Assembly: GCA_038046625.1 (NCBI GenBank)
Contig: JBBSVV010000016.1
Span: 1-20,474 of the forward strand
DNA length: 20,474 nucleotides
Direction of reading: 5' to 3'
Source of the DNA: an archaeon
GTDB lineage: Archaea; Iainarchaeota; Iainarchaeia; Iainarchaeales; Iainarchaeaceae
The position numbers and the translations under genes were made by a program. The notes under the pieces are model-generated. The model saw only the letters and a program-made list of their open reading frames with translations, did not search any database and was not told the DNA's origin. Positions 15,386 through 20,474 of this stretch are shown here, in pieces (the stretch's first letter is position 1; every line of letters starts with the position of its first letter).

Positions 15386-16896
15386 TATTTGCAGGTCATC
15401 ATATCTGCGGTTATCCCATTTTCTTTCATGAACTCTTCCAAAGGTTTTACATCGGCTTCTAACCTGTCTGTTTTCATAAAAGCCTGTATTGAGAATTCTG
15501 TTCTGGGGAAAAGAGTGATCCTGCTGGAATAAATGTTATCCAGCCCCCCGTTTTCCTTTACCCAGCACGTGTTTCGAACCTTATAAAATAATTGTTCGGC
15601 CGTCATTACTTCCACCCTCCGGTCCCCGAATTTTTCAAAAAGAAAACTGACCGTGTGCCCGCCTTTGGTGTCAACCAATAGCGCCCCTTCCTTTGTTGAA
15701 TCGTAAATCTGCATTGAAACATCGTATTTCACCTGTGTTTTTTCCGACTGGACCATGAAAATCAGGCCGGTTGTAACGAGGAAAACAATTGCAACCCCAT
15801 AAATGGCCCTTTGCTTGTTTATGAACCCGATTTTTCCTTCCGCAAATCCAATTGCTTTATCCGCAAACGGAACCATGGCAAACAGGAACAGCGGCATCAG
15901 CGGTATAAAGTACCTGCCGTCAGGGACAATTGCCGAAAAGGAAAAAACCATTATTACAAGAGCCGTTGCCAGCAATGTTTCTATTTTTAGGTGTTTTGCC
16001 TTAAGCAAAGCGACAAGTGTCAGGGGGAACAGCAGCATTAATCCGCGTGACATTGAAGGGTGAATTCCCGCAACCAGGAACAGCGTGTACTGGATTGCAT
16101 AATCAGCCATTTTGAAAATGTCAAAATCCTGCTTGAACCCGCCCTGAATGTTGAACTCATTTGCCGCAAGGTAAGTGTATCCCCAGGGAGTTCCAATCAT
16201 GAGCTGGGTCACAATAAATGACGGCGCAGCCGATATGGCTATTCCAATCAGTAAACTCAGCGGGATTTTATCCAATAAACTTCCCTTATTTTTCCATGAT
16301 TTTATTTGGGCGCCCACAAGAAACGCCAGTATTATTGCCGCATTGGTAACCCTGAACCACACGGATAATCCCAAAAAAATTCCGGCGATAAACTGGTTTT
16401 TATCGAGTTTATTGCCGAATAACTTTTCCTTTTTTTCTTTGAGGTAAAAATAAGCCCCTGCCAGTATGAGCGCCGCCGATGCAATTTCCCCCAAAAGGAA
16501 TTTGTGCGCCACGATTGTGAGTGAAGGGTAGAAAAGGTAGATAAGCGAATATCTCGTGTCATAATTTTTCAGTTTCAGTATTTTGTAAAAAAACAGGAAC
16601 CCCAAAAGGTGGAAAAGCATTCCAAGGACGAACGGGGCGTTCCACGAGATTAACGTGAATGGCGCGCTTATGAGTGTCCTGCCGATTTCAAACGGGTAAA
16701 CAAAAGTCCCGTTTCCGGTCGGCCACATGTAATAGGCGTATTGTGCATCGGTTTCCAAAAATTTTCCTTCCCACAGCCAATGCGCCGTCCTAATGGTTCC
16801 GAGATAATCGACGTCCCAGAAATGCGGGTAAAAGGCAAAGAACATTGACGCGAATATCAATGCGAAAACAAAATACTGCATTTTGCCGGGCTTCAT
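15385..16896 (-). CDS. Polytopic membrane protein, putative GT-C-fold glycosyltransferase (PMT/ArnT-like architecture)
   Basis: 503 aa. First TM followed by WDVDY, then YPFEIG, LFYPS, GEIASAALI, GIFLGLSVWFRVTN and GRYFIPLMP. TTTTTAAAA TATA at 16926-16918. Confidence 0.7.
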   Translation of the reverse strand: MKPGKMQYFVFALIFASMFFAFYPHFWDVDYLGTIRTAHWLWEGKFLETDAQYAYYMWPTGNGTFVYPFEIGRTLISAPFTLISWNAPFVLGMLFHLLGFLFFYKILKLKNYDTRYSLIYLFYPSLTIVAHKFLLGEIASAALILAGAYFYLKEKKEKLFGNKLDKNQFIAGIFLGLSVWFRVTNAAIILAFLVGAQIKSWKNKGSLLDKIPLSLLIGIAISAAPSFIVTQLMIGTPWGYTYLAANEFNIQGGFKQDFDIFKMADYAIQYTLFLVAGIHPSMSRGLMLLFPLTLVALLKAKHLKIETLLATALVIMVFSFSAIVPDGRYFIPLMPLFLFAMVPFADKAIGFAEGKIGFINKQRAIYGVAIVFLVTTGLIFMVQSEKTQVKYDVSMQIYDSTKEGALLVDTKGGHTVSFLFEKFGDRRVEVMTAEQLFYKVRNTCWVKENGGLDNIYSSRITLFPRTEFSIQAFMKTDRLEADVKPLEEFMKENGITADMMTCK

Positions 16897-16936
16897 TAAC
16901 GGAACTTGGAAATATCATTTTAAAAAACGCATTCAG

Positions 16937-16972
16937 CAACCCGAATCCCTTAACGGGATTTCCGTTGGCGGT
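16937..16972 (+). repeat. Short third relative of the element at 7798
   Basis: CAAC-CC-GAATCCC-TTAAC-GGGATTT-CC-GTTG-GCGGT has the same frame as CAAC-CC-AAAAGGAATCC...GGATTCCTTTT-CC-GTTG-ACGGT at 7800-7865. Confidence 0.5.
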
Positions 16973-17001
16973 AAATTGATTTCAGGGCCCAAGCGGGGTT
17001 T

Positions 17002-18075
17002 TTATTTTTCGGATAAAATTTTTCTGTAAATTTCAAGGTGCTTTTTTGCGGACTGCCCCCATGTAAGTATTTTCGGGTTTTTCGCGGCAAATTTTCCGGG
17101 GTTTTCAAGGACTTCCAGGATTACGGAAGCGGTTTCCTCTTTATTTTCCGGGTCGCGTATTCCCACGACATACTTTTTTTCAATGAACTCCGGAACGGAA
17201 TCCGCGGTCGTAATAACGGGGAGCCCCATTGCAAGGGCTTCCATGACAACGGTTGAAACATTCCTGAAGCCCAAGAGCAGAATGAAAACGCCCGCCTTTT
17301 CCAGTTCTTTTACATATTCTTTCCTGCCGAGACCGCCCCTGAAAATAATGTTTTTTTCCGCCCCAAGGCTTTTTGCGAGCCCGGCAAGGTTTTCCCTTTC
17401 TGGGCCGTCCCCCACTATGACGAGTTTTGCCTCCGGTTTTTTTTCAGCCACCATTGCAAAAGCCGGAATAAGGTTTGAATACCCCTTGTTTTTGACCAGC
17501 CTGCCGGCGCAAAGGAGCCTGTACTTTTCCGGTTTTGCCCCGGATTTTTTCACCTCTTTAGGGTTAACCCCGGGGTAAATTATTTCAGATTGCGTGCCCC
17601 TGAAAATTTTTTTGTACATCTTTTTTTCGTCTTCCCCGAGGAACATGACAAAATCTATTTTTGAAGAGAACAGCCAGACAATAAAATCAAACACTTTTCT
17701 GAAGATTCTCGTTGCAATGGAATTCGCCCCGGAACTGCACGGGTAAAAAACAAGCTTTTGCCCCGCTTTTTTTGCAAAAATCCCGAAAAAACTTACGAGG
17801 TTGTTATAGCCGTTCAATTGCACGATGTCCGCGTCCGATTTTCTCAGGGCCAAAAAGAGGGGGATTGAAAGGTAATAGCTTTCGTTTGGGGCCCAGGCTG
17901 GAAATTCTTTCACCTCAATCCCTTCCATGGTGCTGTTTTCCGGTTTGGGCGAAGTAGTGTAGATTTCCGCCCTCACCCTGAGTTTGGCCAGCTCTTTTGC
18001 AATGCTAAGTGTCAGGTTTTCAAGCCCCGTGCTGTACAGTCTCGGCGTGCGTGGGCATGTAAGGATTACTTTCAT
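17002..18075 (-). CDS. GT4 family glycosyltransferase (GT-B)
   Basis: MKVILTCP, IYPGVN, AGRLVKNKG, LVIVGDGPER and VVMEALAMGLPVI. ATG 18075 overlaps the upstream stop (ATGA), so the extension to 18195 is not credible. Confidence 0.92.
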   Translation of the reverse strand: MKVILTCPRTPRLYSTGLENLTLSIAKELAKLRVRAEIYTTSPKPENSTMEGIEVKEFPAWAPNESYYLSIPLFLALRKSDADIVQLNGYNNLVSFFGIFAKKAGQKLVFYPCSSGANSIATRIFRKVFDFIVWLFSSKIDFVMFLGEDEKKMYKKIFRGTQSEIIYPGVNPKEVKKSGAKPEKYRLLCAGRLVKNKGYSNLIPAFAMVAEKKPEAKLVIVGDGPERENLAGLAKSLGAEKNIIFRGGLGRKEYVKELEKAGVFILLLGFRNVSTVVMEALAMGLPVITTADSVPEFIEKKYVVGIRDPENKEETASVILEVLENPGKFAAKNPKILTWGQSAKKHLEIYRKILSEK

Positions 18076-19343
18076 AATTCTTCCACGCCGCTGACAATCC
18101 TTACTTCCGGAATCGGTATGACGTATTTGCCGTTTTTTTCCCTGAACTCTTTTACCTGCGAGACCTTGGAGATTATTTCTTTTGAGAAGTTCCACGGGAA
18201 AATTATTATGTAATCCGGCTTCATTTCCCTTATTGCTTCAAACCCTTTGACCGGTATTTTTGTCCCCGCGTACAGCAAACCCTGTTTTTCCGGGGTTTCA
18301 TCCACAATGAATTTTATAAAATCCCTGTTTATGCCGCAGTAATTGAGCAGCGTATTCCCTTTTGCCGCCGCCCCAAAGCCCGCGACAAGTTTTCCTTCTT
18401 TCCTGAATTTCCGCATGAGCCGGCTGAAATCTCTTTTTATTTTTTCCACGTTCTCCCTGAACCTATAGTAAGTTTCAATCCTGTCAAGGCCGTTATTTTT
18501 CTCAAACTCAAGCAGTTCTTTTACAGAATCCTTGTCCTCAAGTGGGTTGTCCTTGTTTACCGCATAAATCCTTAATGCCCCGCCATGAACCGGGAATATC
18601 CTGGCATCAAATATGCGCATGCCGTGTTTCCCGAACAAAAATGTCAGCGGCCTGAGAAGAAAGTATGACAGGTGCTCGTGGTAAATCGTGTCAAACTCGG
18701 TTTTGCCGATAAGGTCCCCCGCATAATGGAATTCGAAAATCAGCATGCCGTCCTCTGCGAGGGCTTTTTTCGCGTTTGCCACAAACCCGTTCACGTCGTG
18801 AACATGCGCGAAAACATTTGTCGCCGTAATGATTTTTGCCTTTCCCCTCTTGGTGATTTTTCCCGCGGTTTCCGGGCCCCAGAACTCGCAAAGGGTTTCA
18901 ATGCCCCTCTCATTTGCAATCTTCGCAATATTTTTCGCGGGGTCAACCCCGAGCACTTTGAACCCTTTTTTCTTGAATTCATTCAAAAGGCAGCCGTCAT
19001 TGCTCGCGATGTCAACAACCAAGGTATCTTTTGGATTGGGGAAGTACTGCTTTGCCACTTCCGCCATTTCAGAGCAGTGGTTCTGGAAAGTCCTGGAAAT
19101 GGATGACCTGTAAGGGTAGTATGAGAACAGGATTTTCGGGTCAACCACCAGGCCGAGCTGTGACAGCCCGCAGTTGCCGCAGTACATGACTTCGAGCGGG
19201 AACCTCGGCTCTTCCTCGGACTCGCCTTTCACGAACCCGTTTGCAAGCGGCAGGCTGCCCAGGTCAAGGTAGTTTGTGAGGTCCTGGGAACCGCATATCC
19301 TGCAGTGCTTGAGTTTGATGTTATTTGCGGTCAAATCAGCCAT
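18072..19343 (-). CDS. NDP-hexose C3-methyltransferase (TcaB9/KijD1/NovU-like)
   Basis: CRICG...CGNCGLSQL Zn site, YPYRSSIS, VVDIASNDG, NVFAHV, FDTIYHEHLSYF, HGGALR, GFGAAAKGNTLLNYCG and PDYIIIFPWNF. TTTAAAAA TATA at 19375-19368. Confidence 0.93.
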   Translation of the reverse strand: MADLTANNIKLKHCRICGSQDLTNYLDLGSLPLANGFVKGESEEEPRFPLEVMYCGNCGLSQLGLVVDPKILFSYYPYRSSISRTFQNHCSEMAEVAKQYFPNPKDTLVVDIASNDGCLLNEFKKKGFKVLGVDPAKNIAKIANERGIETLCEFWGPETAGKITKRGKAKIITATNVFAHVHDVNGFVANAKKALAEDGMLIFEFHYAGDLIGKTEFDTIYHEHLSYFLLRPLTFLFGKHGMRIFDARIFPVHGGALRIYAVNKDNPLEDKDSVKELLEFEKNNGLDRIETYYRFRENVEKIKRDFSRLMRKFRKEGKLVAGFGAAAKGNTLLNYCGINRDFIKFIVDETPEKQGLLYAGTKIPVKGFEAIREMKPDYIIIFPWNFSKEIISKVSQVKEFREKNGKYVIPIPEVRIVSGVEEL

Positions 19344-19377
19344 ATATATCTCAACAACAAATAAGATTTTTTAAATG

Positions 19378-20340
19378 CTACTGAATTTTTTTGGGTTCGC
19401 GCCAGATGATTTGTGTTGCCCTGTTGAACAGCACAATGGTGATTATCAGGACAAGCAGATAGTTGAAAAAAAAGCCGATAAGCGAGGCAGAAACGGATGC
19501 CGCAACGGGAATGCCGAGCTGGAGCGTGAAAAATGCGAATGCGCCCTCCCTTATCCCTATGCCGCTTGTGGTTATCGGTACGAATGACAGCAGTGTTGTT
19601 GCAGCGAGCACGAGGGTTATGTCAACAACCCCTGCGCTTATGCCTATGCCCCAGAAAATGGTAACCATAATTACAGCTTGCAGCACTAATCTTGCAATGC
19701 TAAGCAAAAAGTTAAGCGCGATCCTTTTCTTTTCCTTTGCAAGGAAATAATTGAGGGTCAGGGAAAAGCCCGCGAATTTTTCCGTGTACTTTGCGGGAAC
19801 AATTTTTTTTATGATCCCCCTTCCATTCGAAGTGAAAACAAGGAATCCGCAGGCAAGCCACGCGAGCAAAACCAGAAGGAGTGCGGCCTCGGCAACCCCC
19901 TTTTCGGAGAAAAGCATGAATGCAAGCGAGCCAATCACTGAGAGTGCAGCAATTCCTATCACTTTGTCAAGGAGTATAACAGCGGTGCTCTCCCCGACCC
20001 TTATTTTGTCCTTGAGGAAGTATGCGAGGGAAAAGTCCCCGATTTTGCCGGGCAGCATGAAGCCGATTGCCCAGCTGGCGAGGAAATCGAGGAAAAATCC
20101 GCGGGACTCCAAACTGTATTTTGCGTCAAAAAGTATTTTGAGGTTAATCCAAGTGACAATCAGCGTGGCTGCGAATATCAGTAATATCCACCCGCTCAAA
20201 GCCGGATTAAAGAGGTCAAACGAGGAAATCGTGGCAAGCGTGTTTGCTATTCCCCCGAAGTACACGAGGAGCAGAACCAGGACCACCCCGATTCCGAGCC
20301 TAAATAACCGCATTATGCGTTCATCCATCAAGAGGACCAT
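19378..20340 (-). CDS. UPF0104 / lysylphosphatidylglycerol synthase TM-domain flippase-like protein
   Basis: Polytopic protein with MLPGKIGDFSLAYFLK, AVILLDKVIG and VPITTSGIGIREGA. Start 20340 or 20328. Confidence 0.88.
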   Translation of the reverse strand: MVLLMDERIMRLFRLGIGVVLVLLLVYFGGIANTLATISSFDLFNPALSGWILLIFAATLIVTWINLKILFDAKYSLESRGFFLDFLASWAIGFMLPGKIGDFSLAYFLKDKIRVGESTAVILLDKVIGIAALSVIGSLAFMLFSEKGVAEAALLLVLLAWLACGFLVFTSNGRGIIKKIVPAKYTEKFAGFSLTLNYFLAKEKKRIALNFLLSIARLVLQAVIMVTIFWGIGISAGVVDITLVLAATTLLSFVPITTSGIGIREGAFAFFTLQLGIPVAASVSASLIGFFFNYLLVLIITIVLFNRATQIIWREPKKIQ

Positions 20341-20437
20341 TTTTTTGTTTCAGCATTTTTTTCCATCTGCTTGGCTATAAGTCTGGGGAGAAACGGTTTT
20401 TAATCATTCTTTTGTTTTTATCTATGGTAGTGTGGTC

Positions 20438-20474
20438 ATGGACAAAAAGGTAATAGCCGTAATAGGTGCGGCCG
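20438..20474 (+). CDS. 5' end of a gene running off the window (MDKKVIAVIGAA...)
   Basis: ATG preceded by GGTAGTGTGGT and by TTTTAAT at about 20397-20403. Too short to assign; could be a signal/TM anchor or a Rossmann strand. Confidence 0.5.
   Translation, partial: MDKKVIAVIGAA

Noticed and set aside
18076..18195. 40-aa N-terminal extension of the GT4
   Set aside because: It overlaps the C-methyltransferase in another frame; the ATGA-coupled start at 18075 gives a normal GT4 N-terminus.

Overview
An archaeal surface-glycosylation island. Evidence for archaeal origin: TATA boxes about 22-32 nt before leaderless starts, GGTGA/GGTGG Shine-Dalgarno (SD) motifs on operon-internal genes, DPM1/ALG5-like GT2s and UPF0104 flippase-like proteins. 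The overall style suggests a DPANN lineage, which cannot be proven from this window. The left end carries two PIN-type toxin-antitoxin (TA) pairs flanking a sugar-1-phosphate nucleotidyltransferase. The rest encodes a UDP-glucuronate hub (Ugd, UDP-xylose synthase, a UDP-GlcA 4-epimerase-like SDR), four GT2s, a GT4, two GT-C-like membrane proteins, two flippase-like proteins, two SAM methyltransferases and an NDP-hexose C-methyltransferase. Four observations stand out. (1) A 338-aa LAGLIDADG intein with a Gly-Asn C-terminus is inserted beside the catalytic Tyr of UDP-xylose synthase. (2) The DUF433/DUF5615 TA pair lies between two copies of the nucleotidyltransferase 5' end: an orphan ATG-initiated 19-codon copy upstream, and the full gene downstream, which apparently has only an ACG start. 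(3) A structured IS200/IS605-end-like repeat occurs three times, once in frame inside a CDS. (4) A second family of 43-46 bp palindromes occurs in intergenic gaps.
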